Counted from the first letter of the stretch, positions 29,583 to 40,537 are shown. The stretch: DNA of 64,000 bases from Candidatus Poribacteria bacterium (GCA_965208675.1 OZ242351.1:2528001-2592000); one strand, 5' to 3'. Made by a program: numbers and translations. Notes: generated by a model not told the origin, from the letters alone.

Positions 29583-32500
29583 ATGAAATTTGCGATAGTT
29601 TTCTTTACCATGTTTTTCCTGCTGTTCAGTTTGATTGCAGCGATTCCCGATGCGATGAGCCAAGACGCAGCACCGGGGTCACCGGTTGTTTTATACGGAA
29701 CCAATGAAGATGCGAATACAAGCGTACCTGCGCCGCCAATGCAGACACCGCCCCCACATGCTCGTCGGTTCAGAACAGTAAATCCACAGTTTATCGTAAC
29801 CTATCACGGTTTTACGGACGAAGCGCGGGCGGCATTTCAATATGCGGTTGATATCTGGGCTTCGCTAATCCGGTCACCTGTGACCATCCATGTAGACGCA
29901 ACGTTTGAAGACCGCGGCGGATGGGAAGATGGATCTATCAATTTGGGCGGTGCAAGACCCGGAAACTGGTGGAACTTCGCCGGAGAGCGGCTGTGGGTTG
30001 CTTTTGCTCTCGCTGATAAGATTGCCGGTAGAAATCTGAGGAGCGGTGAAGCAGACATCATTGTGAGATTCAACAGCAACGACGAGGTAGGTTGGTATTT
30101 TGGCACTGATACCAACACACCATCTGGCAAGTACGATTTTGTTAGTGTTGTGCTTCATGAAATTGGTCACGGTCTTGGTATTTCTAGCACGAGTAGAATG
30201 ATTGAAACCGGTTTTTTTAGTGTTGAAGGTGCGCTCAGAAGCGGTCCATCCCACGCAAGATTCCCCGAGGTTTACGACGAATTTGTAGTCAACGGCGCCG
30301 GTACGGCGATTACGGAATTTTCTGACCCATCTACCGCGCTGCGAGAACAGTTCACCGGTAACAGCCTCTTCTGGAATGGGTCAAATGGGAAACTTGCATA
30401 CAATGGAGCCCGTCCAAAACTATTCGCGCCGACGTGGTGGATTCAAGGGTCGAGCTTCGTCCATTTGGATGAGGAGACGTTTCAGTCGGGCGATCCGAAC
30501 TCCTTAATGACGCCGTATTTTGATAGGGCAGAAGCGATTCACAGCCCCGGCTCCATTGCACTCGGCATGCTCGATGATATCGGGTGGACAATCAACAAAG
30601 CGCCCGTGTTTGCTGAAGACCGTACTACTCGTTCCGTGGCAGAGAATATGGCTGCCGACGTAGATATCGGTAACGCAGTAACCGCTACGGATGCCAACGA
30701 TGCCGATACAGATGATAACACCGTCGACACCTTGATATACGCCTTGAGCGGTACTGATGCGTCATCGTTTGACATTGAACCCTTCACCGGACAGTTGAAG
30801 ACGCGAGCCGCGCTCGATTTCGAATCCAAGTCCGCTTACACGGTAACAGTTATTGTCTCCGATGGAAGCCTTACGGACTCCACTACTGTCGATATCAATG
30901 TCACTGACATAGACGAAACCTCCGCGAACAATGCGCCAGTGTTTTCCGAAGGTAACACCGGCATGCGTACAGTCGCAGAGAACACTGGTGCCGGTGAAAA
31001 TATCGGAAGTGAAGTGAAAGCCACGGATGCCGATAACGATACCCTAACCTACACCTTGGGCGGCGTGGATGCATCTTCGTTTGAAATTGACAGTACATCC
31101 GGTCAGTTGAAGACAAAGGCATCGCTCGACTATGAAACCAAAATATCGTTCACGGTAACGGTGAGTGTCTCCGATAATACTGACACAGCCTCCATTACGG
31201 TCACTATCGGCGTCAGTAACGTAAACGAAGCCGCACCGGTGTTCTCCGATGGCGCCGCCGCCATCCGCTCTGTGGAAGAGAATACAGGAGTAGGTGAAGA
31301 CATTGGCAGCGAAGTGTCTGCTACAGATGCGGACAACGACCCTTTAACGTATACGCTCAGCGGGAATGACGCCTCTTCATTTGACATTGACCGCACATCA
31401 GGCCAGTTGAAGACCAGAGATGCACTCGACTACGAAACAAAAGCTGTCTACACGGTAACGGTTACGGTTTCAGACGGAAGTCTTGAAGCTCGAACTACGG
31501 TCAATATCAACGTCACCAATGTAGACGACGACATTGTCATGGCAGATTGTCAGGAAGGGGATGTTCTTTCACCAGGAGAAAGTTGTACTTACCCCGACAC
31601 CGATACCGAGTTTTCTGTGCTTGATAACGGTCAAGCGAGCTTGGACGACCCGGATTTTCCCTCGTGGTTCAACCAAATATCCGTCGGCGGTTCGTTAAAT
31701 GTAACCGCAACAGTCAATGGTGTACCCTATCATTTGGTTGCCACAGAACTCACCGGCGGCTCATGGAGAATTGATGAACTTGGAGAAATCGTCGTACCGA
31801 CAGTAGACCCTGCCAACCTGAGCCTTGCCGCTTCACCGTCGTTGACAGAAGCGACGCTAAATGGGGGTATAGTGACGCTGACGCTTAGCGGCAGTGCTTT
31901 CTCGCGATTTAGTTTCGGTGATGTAACGGTGTCAGGTATTGCCGGCGTATCAGCTTCCGATGTGGATCGCGTGAGCGATACAGAGGTGAGCGTTCAACTC
32001 GCATTCAGCGGCAACATGGATACCGATGGCACGCTGACTTTCACGGTTGGTTCGGACGCAATTGCAGGCTATACCGGCGCTGCACTCACTGCTGAAATAT
32101 CCGTCACGGCGCTTGCAGAATCAGTGATCGCTTCAACATCCGCTCCATTGACAGAGAGGACACTGAATGAGGGCGTAGTTACACTGACACTGAACGGCGG
32201 CACTTACGAACGCCAGACCACCGTCAGAAATAACGTGACGGTATCAGGTATTACCGGCGTAACGTTCAGGTCTCTCGATGTGCAGCGTGTGAGCGATACC
32301 GTGGTAACGGTTGAACTGTCGTTTGACGGTACTGACTTCGACAGCGACGCGGTCTTGAACTTTACGGTTGGAGCTGATGCGATAGCTGGCTACGACGGTG
32401 CCGCGCTCACCGCCGGAATACCCGTCACCGCATTGTTGGAATCGGTGGTCGCCACAACAACCACCCCGTTGACTGAAGGAACGCTAGATGAGAGCGTGGT

Positions 32501-35500
32501 TACACTGACATTGGACGGCTGTACCTACGAAACTCAGACCGCCGTCAGAAATAACGTGACGGTATCAGGTATTACTGGCGTAACAGTTGGAACCTTCGGT
32601 ATAGAGCGTGTGAGCGATACTGTCGCAACGGTTGATCTGACATTTGACGGTTCTGACCTCGACGCCAATGCCGCCCTGACATTCACAGTCGCGGCGGACG
32701 CTATTGTGGACTATAGCGGTTCTGCCCTTTCAACCCAAATTACCATCGCCGCACCATCGAACAGAGCACCGGTGTTCACCGATGGCGCCACCGCTGCCCG
32801 CTCAGTGGCGGAGAATACGGCAGCGGGCGTAAACATCGGTAATGCTGTGGCGGCTACAGATGCTGACAACGATACCCTTACCTACACCCTCGGCGGTACC
32901 GACGCTTCTATGTTTGACATTGAGCGTGCGTCAGGACAGTTGAAGACGCGAGCGGCACTCGATTATGAAACCATACGCGCTTATACCGTAACGGTCACGG
33001 TCTCCGATGGCAGTCTCACTGACTCCATCACCGTCACTATCACAGTCAGCAACGAAAATGATGCACCAGTGTTTGCCGCAGGTAGCGCCACCCGTACAGT
33101 GGGGGAGAATACGGGGACAGGTGTGAACATCGGTAGTGCGGTAACGGCTACGGACCCCGACAACGACGTCCTAACCTACACCCTCGGCGGTACTGACGCC
33201 GCTTCGTTTGACATTAACCGCACATCGGGGCAGTTGAAGACCAAGGCGGCGCTTGACTATGAAACTAAAACTTCCTATATGGTAACAATAACTGTCTCCG
33301 ACGGCAGTCTAACGGACACTATCACGGTGACAATCAATGTGACCAACGTACCTGAAACTCCGACGAACAGAGCGCCAATTTTCTCCGAAGGCAGCCGTAC
33401 CAAGCGAACAGTAGCTGAGAATACGGCGGAGGGCGCAAACATCGGTAATGCAGTGACGGCTACAGACCCCGATAACGACACATTAACCTATACCCTCGGC
33501 GGTATTGACGCGTCTTCGTTTAACATTGAACCGTCAACTGGCCAGTTGAAGACAAAGGCGGCACTCGACTACGAAACCAAAACTTCCTATAGTGTAACGA
33601 TTACTGTCTCCGACAGGGGGCTTACGGACTCCATCACCGTTACCATTGATGTGGCGGACCTAGACGATCAAGCGAGCCCGACAATAACGTTAGAATCGAC
33701 ATCTTTAACGGAGAGGACGCTGAATGGGAGTGTAGTTACCCTGAGGCTGAGTAACCGAATTTTTGAACGATGGCTGAGCGGCCTTGTGACCGTGTCGGGT
33801 ATTGATGGTGTAAGTGTTAGATCGTTTGATTTGAAACGTGTGAGTGATACTGAATTGACCGCTAAACTTACGTTTGACGGCACGGATTTTGATTCCGATG
33901 CTACCCTTACGTTCACGGTTGAGGCGGGGGCAATTGCAAGTTATAACGGTCCTGCATTGACCAATTCCCTACCTGTCGCCGCAAGTCAGGAATCGGTGGT
34001 CGGATCGCCTACCTCCTTAACGGAGACGGCGCTTAATGAGAGCACGGTGACGCTGACGTTGAGCGGGCGTGTCTACGAATCGCGGTTCACGGTTGCAAAT
34101 AACATTACTGTGTCTGGTATTGACGGCGTTACATTTCGCACGTTTGACCTGGAACGAGATAGCGATACGGTGGTAACGGTTAAACTGAGGTTCGACGGTA
34201 CGGACTTTGACACCGATGCCACCCTCAACTTTACAGTTGGGGCGCGCGCAATAGTAGATTATAGCGGGCCCGCATTCACCGCAACAATACCTGTCACCGC
34301 TGTGGTGGAAGCAATCCCAACAATGGCCGCATCGTCTTCACAACCGCTTTATGAAGGGACGCTGGATGAGAGCGTGGTTACATTGACTTTGTCATCCGGT
34401 GCTTACGCACAATCTAGCTTCGACATCAGCCGTGCTGTCACGGTGTCAGGGATTGATGGCGTCACATTTCGCAGGTTTGATGTAGATCGGGTCAGCGATA
34501 CCGTGGCAACGGTTGAGCTGACATTTGACGGCACGGACTTTGACACCGATGCCACCCTCAACTTTACAGTCGGGGCGGGTGCAATTGAGAACTATAACGG
34601 CGACGCACTAACTGCGGAAATACCTGTCACAGCGGTTGTGGAGGAAGACCCAACCATAACGGCATCAACCCCGCAGCCGCTTTCAGAGGCAACCTTGGAT
34701 GAAAGCGTGGTTACATTGACGCTAAAAAACCGGACTTACGCACAATCCAGCTTTGGGATTAGAGATGCCTTAACGGTTGACGGTATTGTCGGTGTAACTA
34801 TTGGTACGTTCGGCGTAGATCGTGTGAGCGACACGGAGGTGACCGTCGAGTTAACTTTCAACGGAGATATTGACACCGATGCTACCCTCACCTTCTCGGT
34901 GGAGGCAGAAGCCATTGCTAACTACGATGGGCAAACGCTGGTTGCACAAGTTCCTGTCACAGGCGGGCAGGAATCGGTAACCGTATCAACAGAGGCGCCG
35001 TTGACAGAAGCAACCCTCGATGGGAGCGTCGTCACACTCACACTAAATGGCGGCGTTTACGAGCCGTCCACCTTTGACCTCAGAGATGCCGTGACCGTCT
35101 CCGGCATTGATGGTGTCACGATTCAAGGGTTTGATTTGGACCGAGTCAGCGATACAGAGCTTACTGTCGAACTGACATTTGTCGGAAATATAGACACCGA
35201 TGCCGCGCTCGTATTTTCCGTCGGTGCCGATGCCATAGCGGGCTACAATGGCTCCGCGCTGGACACACAATTACCCGTCACAAGCAGGCAGGAATCGGTA
35301 ACTGCATCAATAGAGACGCCGTTGACGGAAGCAACGCTGGATGGGAGCGTAGTCACATTGACGCTAAGCGGCGCAGTTTACGCGAGATCCGTCTTTGACA
35401 TACGAGATTCGGTAACAGTCTCGGGCATTGAAGGTGTAACTATACCTTGGCACCAACCCGATCGGGAGAGCGACACCCAAATCGCCGTTGAACTTGAATT

Positions 35501-37184
35501 CAGCGGCAACATTGACAACGATGCCACACTCACCTTCTCGGTCGGAGCCCATGCAATACAAAGATACAACGGCGAGGCATTCATCGCGGAGATACCCGTA
35601 GCTGCGCTGAATGAATCGGTAACCGCATCGTCGGCGGCACCTTTGACGGAAGCAACATTGGCTGGAAGCGTGGTCACACTCACGCTTAGCGACGCTAAAT
35701 ACGCACGTTCTATCTTCGACATCAGAGATGCCGTGACCGTCACCGGCATTGACGGCGTAACTATTCCTTGGCACCAGCCCGACCGTGAGAGCGATACGGT
35801 AATTACTGTTGAACTCGAATTCATCGGCGACTTTGACACCGATGCCACACTCACCTTTTCAGTCGGAGCCGATGCCATAGCGGGATATAACGGCCCCGCA
35901 CTGGTTGCACAAATGTCTGTCGCTGCGGGACAGGAGTCGATAATCGCCTCAACAGAAGCCCCGTTGACAGAATCAACCCTAAATGAGAGCGAGGTCACAC
36001 TGACGCTTAACGGTGCCAATTATGCGCGTTCTATCTTCGACATTAGAGATTCCGTGACAGTATCCGGTATTGACGGCGTAACTATTCCTTGGCACCAACC
36101 GGACCGTGAGAGTGACACTGTTATCACCGTTGAACTTGAATTCACTGGTGACTTTGATACCGATACGGCACTAACCTTCACTGTGGGAGCAGAAGCCATA
36201 GCAAGTTACGATGGCCCAGCATTCACTGCCCAAATTCCCGTCAACGCGAACATGGAATCGGTGGTTGCCTCTTCTGATTCCCCGTTGACAGAGGTAAGCC
36301 TTGATGAGAGCGTGGTCACTCTGACGCTTAGCGGCGCTAATTACGCGCGTTCTATCTTCGACATCAGAGATGCCGTGACCGTCTCCGGTATTGACGGTGT
36401 GACAATCCCTTGGCACCAACCGGACCGAGGGAACGACACCGTTATCACTGTCGAACTTGAATTCGACGGCAACATTAGCGCCGATGCGACACTTACCTTT
36501 ACCGTGGGCGCGGACGCCATTGCAAACTACGTCGGGTCAGAACTCACAGCCGAAATATCCGTCACCGCAGGCCCCCAAGGAGACGCAAACCAAGATGGTG
36601 TGGTGGACCTCGAGGATTTGGTGGAGGTTGCTTCAAACTTTCAACAGACTGGCCCGAACAGTGCTGATGTCAACGGAGACGGTGTGGTGGATGTTGAAGA
36701 CCTGCTCCTAGTTGCAGGCACACTGGAAAACACGGCAGCCGCGCCTGCCGCACATCCACAAACACTGACGATACTCACCGCCGCAGATGTTCAAGATTGG
36801 CTGTCACAAGCGCGGCATTTGGACCTAACGGACACAAAGTTGCAAAGGGGTGTTCTCTTTTTGGAACAACTCCTCACGGTTTTGATTCCGAAAGAAACAG
36901 CGCTGTTGCCCAACTACCCGAATCCGTTCAACCCAGAGACGTGGATACCGTATCATCTGTCCAACGACGCCGATGTACAAATCTCGATTTACGATTCAAA
37001 AGGCATGTTAGTCCGTTGGTTGGATCTAGGTCATCAGATGGCTGGTTACTATACTGATCGCACAAAAGCCGCGTATTGGGACGGAAAGAACGAGTTCGGT
37101 GAGCAGGCAGCGAGCGGTGTGTATTTCTATCACTTGTCCGCCGGCGATTATTTCGCCGTGTGGAAGATGATAATTTTGAAGTAA
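29583..37184 (+). CDS. 2533-aa secreted protein: zinc metallopeptidase domain, 6 cadherin domains, 12 uncharacterised ~100-aa repeats, dockerin-like domain and FlgD/CTD-like tail
   Basis: LHEIGHGLG; APVF..VAEN..ATDADND..LDYE x6; PLTEATL..VVTLTL..VSGIDGV x12; GDANQDG/DVNGDG; LLPNYPNPFNPETWIPY. Confidence 0.9.
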   Translation: MKFAIVFFTMFFLLFSLIAAIPDAMSQDAAPGSPVVLYGTNEDANTSVPAPPMQTPPPHARRFRTVNPQFIVTYHGFTDEARAAFQYAVDIWASLIRSPVTIHVDATFEDRGGWEDGSINLGGARPGNWWNFAGERLWVAFALADKIAGRNLRSGEADIIVRFNSNDEVGWYFGTDTNTPSGKYDFVSVVLHEIGHGLGISSTSRMIETGFFSVEGALRSGPSHARFPEVYDEFVVNGAGTAITEFSDPSTALREQFTGNSLFWNGSNGKLAYNGARPKLFAPTWWIQGSSFVHLDEETFQSGDPNSLMTPYFDRAEAIHSPGSIALGMLDDIGWTINKAPVFAEDRTTRSVAENMAADVDIGNAVTATDANDADTDDNTVDTLIYALSGTDASSFDIEPFTGQLKTRAALDFESKSAYTVTVIVSDGSLTDSTTVDINVTDIDETSANNAPVFSEGNTGMRTVAENTGAGENIGSEVKATDADNDTLTYTLGGVDASSFEIDSTSGQLKTKASLDYETKISFTVTVSVSDNTDTASITVTIGVSNVNEAAPVFSDGAAAIRSVEENTGVGEDIGSEVSATDADNDPLTYTLSGNDASSFDIDRTSGQLKTRDALDYETKAVYTVTVTVSDGSLEARTTVNINVTNVDDDIVMADCQEGDVLSPGESCTYPDTDTEFSVLDNGQASLDDPDFPSWFNQISVGGSLNVTATVNGVPYHLVATELTGGSWRIDELGEIVVPTVDPANLSLAASPSLTEATLNGGIVTLTLSGSAFSRFSFGDVTVSGIAGVSASDVDRVSDTEVSVQLAFSGNMDTDGTLTFTVGSDAIAGYTGAALTAEISVTALAESVIASTSAPLTERTLNEGVVTLTLNGGTYERQTTVRNNVTVSGITGVTFRSLDVQRVSDTVVTVELSFDGTDFDSDAVLNFTVGADAIAGYDGAALTAGIPVTALLESVVATTTTPLTEGTLDESVVTLTLDGCTYETQTAVRNNVTVSGITGVTVGTFGIERVSDTVATVDLTFDGSDLDANAALTFTVAADAIVDYSGSALSTQITIAAPSNRAPVFTDGATAARSVAENTAAGVNIGNAVAATDADNDTLTYTLGGTDASMFDIERASGQLKTRAALDYETIRAYTVTVTVSDGSLTDSITVTITVSNENDAPVFAAGSATRTVGENTGTGVNIGSAVTATDPDNDVLTYTLGGTDAASFDINRTSGQLKTKAALDYETKTSYMVTITVSDGSLTDTITVTINVTNVPETPTNRAPIFSEGSRTKRTVAENTAEGANIGNAVTATDPDNDTLTYTLGGIDASSFNIEPSTGQLKTKAALDYETKTSYSVTITVSDRGLTDSITVTIDVADLDDQASPTITLESTSLTERTLNGSVVTLRLSNRIFERWLSGLVTVSGIDGVSVRSFDLKRVSDTELTAKLTFDGTDFDSDATLTFTVEAGAIASYNGPALTNSLPVAASQESVVGSPTSLTETALNESTVTLTLSGRVYESRFTVANNITVSGIDGVTFRTFDLERDSDTVVTVKLRFDGTDFDTDATLNFTVGARAIVDYSGPAFTATIPVTAVVEAIPTMAASSSQPLYEGTLDESVVTLTLSSGAYAQSSFDISRAVTVSGIDGVTFRRFDVDRVSDTVATVELTFDGTDFDTDATLNFTVGAGAIENYNGDALTAEIPVTAVVEEDPTITASTPQPLSEATLDESVVTLTLKNRTYAQSSFGIRDALTVDGIVGVTIGTFGVDRVSDTEVTVELTFNGDIDTDATLTFSVEAEAIANYDGQTLVAQVPVTGGQESVTVSTEAPLTEATLDGSVVTLTLNGGVYEPSTFDLRDAVTVSGIDGVTIQGFDLDRVSDTELTVELTFVGNIDTDAALVFSVGADAIAGYNGSALDTQLPVTSRQESVTASIETPLTEATLDGSVVTLTLSGAVYARSVFDIRDSVTVSGIEGVTIPWHQPDRESDTQIAVELEFSGNIDNDATLTFSVGAHAIQRYNGEAFIAEIPVAALNESVTASSAAPLTEATLAGSVVTLTLSDAKYARSIFDIRDAVTVTGIDGVTIPWHQPDRESDTVITVELEFIGDFDTDATLTFSVGADAIAGYNGPALVAQMSVAAGQESIIASTEAPLTESTLNESEVTLTLNGANYARSIFDIRDSVTVSGIDGVTIPWHQPDRESDTVITVELEFTGDFDTDTALTFTVGAEAIASYDGPAFTAQIPVNANMESVVASSDSPLTEVSLDESVVTLTLSGANYARSIFDIRDAVTVSGIDGVTIPWHQPDRGNDTVITVELEFDGNISADATLTFTVGADAIANYVGSELTAEISVTAGPQGDANQDGVVDLEDLVEVASNFQQTGPNSADVNGDGVVDVEDLLLVAGTLENTAAAPAAHPQTLTILTAADVQDWLSQARHLDLTDTKLQRGVLFLEQLLTVLIPKETALLPNYPNPFNPETWIPYHLSNDADVQISIYDSKGMLVRWLDLGHQMAGYYTDRTKAAYWDGKNEFGEQAASGVYFYHLSAGDYFAVWKMIILK

Positions 37185-37378
37185 CGAAAAATTCGAAGAG
37201 AGTAAAATTAGTGTTGGTTAAATATGTTTCATCTGAACGTTTCTCAATACGTTAAACCTGTAATTACCCCCAAAACCTAGACAGTTGCATAAGAGATCTT
37301 TTCGACTAGAAAAATGGTCATCATCTGAGCGAAAATAGGACTCGGAAACGCCAAGAAAAAGAAAGGAGTTTCTCCACG

Positions 37379-37666
37379 ATGTCCCGTAGAATACAGCGTG
37401 ATGGCCGATTCAAAGCGCAAGTGGCTCTTGAAGCTATCAAGAATCAGCAGACTATCAGTCAGATTGCCAGTGAATACGGTGTCAATCCGGCTCAAGTCAG
37501 CCAATGGAAAAAACAGGTGCTTGAGGAATTACCTCAACTCTTTGCGAAGGGACGTTCAAAAACGGCGTCCGACCACGACAAGCTAGTGTCTGAACTGTAT
37601 CGCCAGATTGGTCAGTTGAAGGTAGAACTGGACTGGCTTCAAAAAAAAACGTCGCGCTTCCGTTGA
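37379..37666 (+). CDS. IS3 transposase OrfA (HTH)
   Basis: FKAQVALEAIK, QVSQWKKQ, LYRQIGQLKVELDWLQKK; A9 run at 37641-37649. Confidence 0.9.
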   Translation: MSRRIQRDGRFKAQVALEAIKNQQTISQIASEYGVNPAQVSQWKKQVLEELPQLFAKGRSKTASDHDKLVSELYRQIGQLKVELDWLQKKTSRFR

Positions 37667-38477
37667 ACAGAAGCGGCAGCTTGTTGAACCGGAGTGCCGT
37701 TCAGTGTCGATTGCAAGACAGTGTGAGCTCTTAGGCTTGTCTCGAGCATCGTTCTATTACACTCCTGTAGGGGAGTCACCACAAAATCTGCTGTACATGC
37801 GTCTGTTAGATGAACAGTACACCAAGAGGCCGTGGTGTGGGGTGCCTAAGTTAACGAAATGGCTTCGTCGTCAAGGATATGTTGTCAATCCGAAACGGGT
37901 AGCACGGTTAATGCGGAAGATGGGATTAGTTGCCATCTATCCCAAGATCTCCAGAATGGGCAAACCGTCGAAAGTGTACCCCTATCTGTTGAAAGGATTA
38001 AGCATCACCAGACCGAACCACGTCTGGGCAACTGACATCACCTATATTCGTTTAAGCCATGGCTTCGTTTATCTGGTAGCCATTATGGATTGGTTTTCCC
38101 GTTATGTGTTGTCATGGGAACTGTCAAACTCCCTCGACGTGTTCTTTTGCCTATCGGCTCTGGAACGGGCGCTTGGTAAAGCGAGTCCATTAATATTCAA
38201 CAACGACCAAGGAAGTCAATTTACTTCGGAGGCGTTTACTGCTAGACTTGAAGCCTCTGGCATAGCCATTAGTTGGAACGGTAGAGGCCGCTACTTTGAC
38301 AACATCTTCGTTGAACGACTTTGGCGCAGTGTTAAGTATGAGGAGGTTTACCTCAACGACTATGATTCAATGAACACGGCTCGGCGCCGCTTGAGAGATT
38401 ATTTCAACTTTTACAACCGAGAGCGACTTCATCAATCGCTCGATTACTGTACACCTTACGAGGTGTATTTTCACTAA
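37641..38477 (+). CDS. IS3 transposase OrfB (DDE integrase core), expressed by frameshift
   Basis: WATDITY, NNDQGSQF, DNIFVERLWRSVKYE; frame is open from the A9 run. Confidence 0.9.
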   Translation, partial: KKKRRASVEQKRQLVEPECRSVSIARQCELLGLSRASFYYTPVGESPQNLLYMRLLDEQYTKRPWCGVPKLTKWLRRQGYVVNPKRVARLMRKMGLVAIYPKISRMGKPSKVYPYLLKGLSITRPNHVWATDITYIRLSHGFVYLVAIMDWFSRYVLSWELSNSLDVFFCLSALERALGKASPLIFNNDQGSQFTSEAFTARLEASGIAISWNGRGRYFDNIFVERLWRSVKYEEVYLNDYDSMNTARRRLRDYFNFYNRERLHQSLDYCTPYEVYFH

Positions 38478-38564
38478 CTTCAGGCGTTTAAGTTTGACCA
38501 GAATTAGTCAGGTTTTATTTCTTAAATCTCCTCATTTTCTGTCTAAAGGATGGGGGTAGCTTAA

Positions 38565-38936
38565 CACATTTATGACCGTGTAGATAATTTTATTGCGTGC
38601 TCCGGTCAAATAAACGGATTAGAACATGTTGATGTATCGAACAGGCATTACTCCGTTGGCGCATTCTTCAATAAGCCCGATGGCGGTTATTTGACATTCG
38701 ACGATCTTCAGGATAAGGTGATATATCTCGTCGTTATTGAGGATGATGCTTATCCATGCCCAGCCCCAGGGGGAGATTTCTTTCCTTTTTCGGACGACTT
38801 TGTCGGCAAGACCGAAACCTTTCCGGGTCGTGACATTGCCGGTACAAAAGCCATGCAGTTTGACGACCTAACCCAGTTAACCGTCACCGTTTCACTTACA
38901 TGGAAACCCATTAATGATAACGGCACAAAATTCTAA
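38565..38936 (+). pseudogene. 5'-truncated hypothetical gene abutting the IS3 end
   Basis: The frame of ORF 38691-38936 is open back to the IS edge and lacks an ATG/RBS there. Confidence 0.5.
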
Positions 38937-39088
38937 CAATAACAAAATCTCCTCATTAGATGCCGCAAATGTTCGAGAATGTGTCCCAGATGTCAAAATA
39001 GTCCGTCGTCTGCGTTTAATCTGCGTTTCATTTCAGTAGATATTTCAGAAAATTCGGAAATTTATTCTGAAAAATTAATAAAAAAGAC

Positions 39089-39118
39089 TTGACAAAAATA
39101 TTCACGATGAATTATACT
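39089..39118 (+). promoter_or_regulatory. sigma70 promoter of the first iron operon
   Basis: TTGACA-18bp-TATACT. Confidence 0.75.
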
Positions 39119-39160
39119 ATCGCGATTTTCCGAATATTTCTTGGTGATGGACATATATTA

Positions 39161-39181
39161 TGCGATTGAGTCTCAGTTGCA
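39161..39181. promoter_or_regulatory. Fur-like 21-bp operator
   Basis: TGCGATTGAGTCTCAGTTGCA dyad; related boxes at 39250, 45047 and 52950. Confidence 0.65.
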
Positions 39182-39249
39182 ATTCAGATTTTATGGTCTC
39201 AACCAGTTTTGGACGGATTAAGTACGTCCGTTTTTATTTAAGAACGTAT

Positions 39250-39270
39250 TGAAATAGAGTCTCAATATCA
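39250..39270. promoter_or_regulatory. Fur-like 21-bp operator
   Basis: TGAAATAGAGTCTCAATATCA just upstream of the RBS. Confidence 0.65.
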
Positions 39271-39289
39271 ATAACGAAATGAGGTAAAA

Positions 39290-40537
39290 TTGCGCAGTTT
39301 TTGTTTTGGTGTATTTCTAATCTTGATTGCCCAAGCCGCACCGGCTGATTCCGGGCGGCTCCAAATCTCCGGTTACGGGGTAATCAACTACGCTAACTTT
39401 TTTTGGGAAACAGATCCAGAGCGGCGCGCCCATATTGACGTTGAACGGCTTGTCGTCGCGCCGAAGTACCAGGTCAATGACAACATCCGGCTTGAAGCGG
39501 AGCTTGAGTTTGAACACGGCGGCACCGGCATCACAATGGAGTTCGACAAATTTGAGGAGTTTGGCGAATTTGAGATGGAGGTCGAAAAAGGCGGTGAGGT
39601 CATCGTTGAGAAACTGGCTGCAGTCTTTGAGTTTCGTCCAACATTCAACTTGCGGATAGGTCACATCATCGTGCCGGTCGGCTTAACTACCAAACGGCAT
39701 CGCCCGCAACACTACTTCACGACCACCCGCCCGGAATCCGAATCATACCTGATCCCAACCATCTGGCATGAAAACGGAATTGAGATATTCGGCAATATCG
39801 GCGCGTTCAGCTATCAAGCGCAAGTTGTCAACGGATTGGATTCAACCGGATTCAGCTCACGCCGATGGATAGTCGGCGGTCATCAACTGCGTTTTGAGGC
39901 TGCAAATGCTGAAGATTTCGCGCTCGTCGGCCGTGTCGATTACACAGTCACGGACGGAGCCGTTCTCGGACTCTCCGGGTACTACGGCGACAGTGCGGAC
40001 AACCGTCCGAAACCAGACTTTCAGTCAGATGCCCATGTTTCAATTGTCGACCTGCACGGCTTTTACAAGGTCGGCGCATTGAAAATTCGCGGCATGTTCC
40101 TTTACGGTACGCTCGAAAATTCTGAATTTGTCTCCAAAGCCAATCGAAATCTCTCCAACAACTTGAACGTAAAGCGGACACCCGTTGGCAGCCGAGCACA
40201 CGGCGGTTACCTCGAAGTCGGATTCAATGTGCTAACTTTCTTCAAATCATCGCTGAACACGCAGGCGGCGCTCGACCTGTTCATCCGTTACGACAACTAC
40301 GATACAATGGCTGAGGTTAAGGGAGACATCTTCGATAATCCGCGTTGGGAACGGAAGACGTGGACGTTCGGCGCCAATTACCACCCGCATCCGCAGCTTG
40401 TCTTTAAAGGGCACTACTCCGCACGAACATTGGGCTCTACACCCGTAGAGGTGCTAGACACCATACCCATAGAGATATTTGACACCGAATTTGAGGACGA
40501 ACACACTTTCGCGCTCGGATTTGGGTTTCAATACTAA
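39290..40537 (+). CDS. Outer-membrane porin-like beta-barrel associated with imelysin loci
   Basis: Signal peptide, ELEFEHGG, IPTIWHENG, terminal GFGFQY. Confidence 0.8.
   Translation: MRSFCFGVFLILIAQAAPADSGRLQISGYGVINYANFFWETDPERRAHIDVERLVVAPKYQVNDNIRLEAELEFEHGGTGITMEFDKFEEFGEFEMEVEKGGEVIVEKLAAVFEFRPTFNLRIGHIIVPVGLTTKRHRPQHYFTTTRPESESYLIPTIWHENGIEIFGNIGAFSYQAQVVNGLDSTGFSSRRWIVGGHQLRFEAANAEDFALVGRVDYTVTDGAVLGLSGYYGDSADNRPKPDFQSDAHVSIVDLHGFYKVGALKIRGMFLYGTLENSEFVSKANRNLSNNLNVKRTPVGSRAHGGYLEVGFNVLTFFKSSLNTQAALDLFIRYDNYDTMAEVKGDIFDNPRWERKTWTFGANYHPHPQLVFKGHYSARTLGSTPVEVLDTIPIEIFDTEFEDEHTFALGFGFQY

Larger units (their letters stand above)
37259..38563 (+). mobile_element. IS3-family insertion sequence
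   Basis: Imperfect IRs (TACCCCCA-n5-TAGACAG on both ends) around orfA and orfB; exact ends and target duplication not resolved. Confidence 0.88.

Noticed and set aside
29837-36419. Many minus-strand ORFs inside the giant gene, and similar shadow ORFs elsewhere
   Set aside because: They are antisense shadows of well-supported genes and carry no recognisable motifs.
31800-36570. CRISPR array or DNA-level repeat system
   Set aside because: The repeats are ~300-bp in-frame protein domains with synonymous variation; no short repeat-spacer pattern or cas genes.
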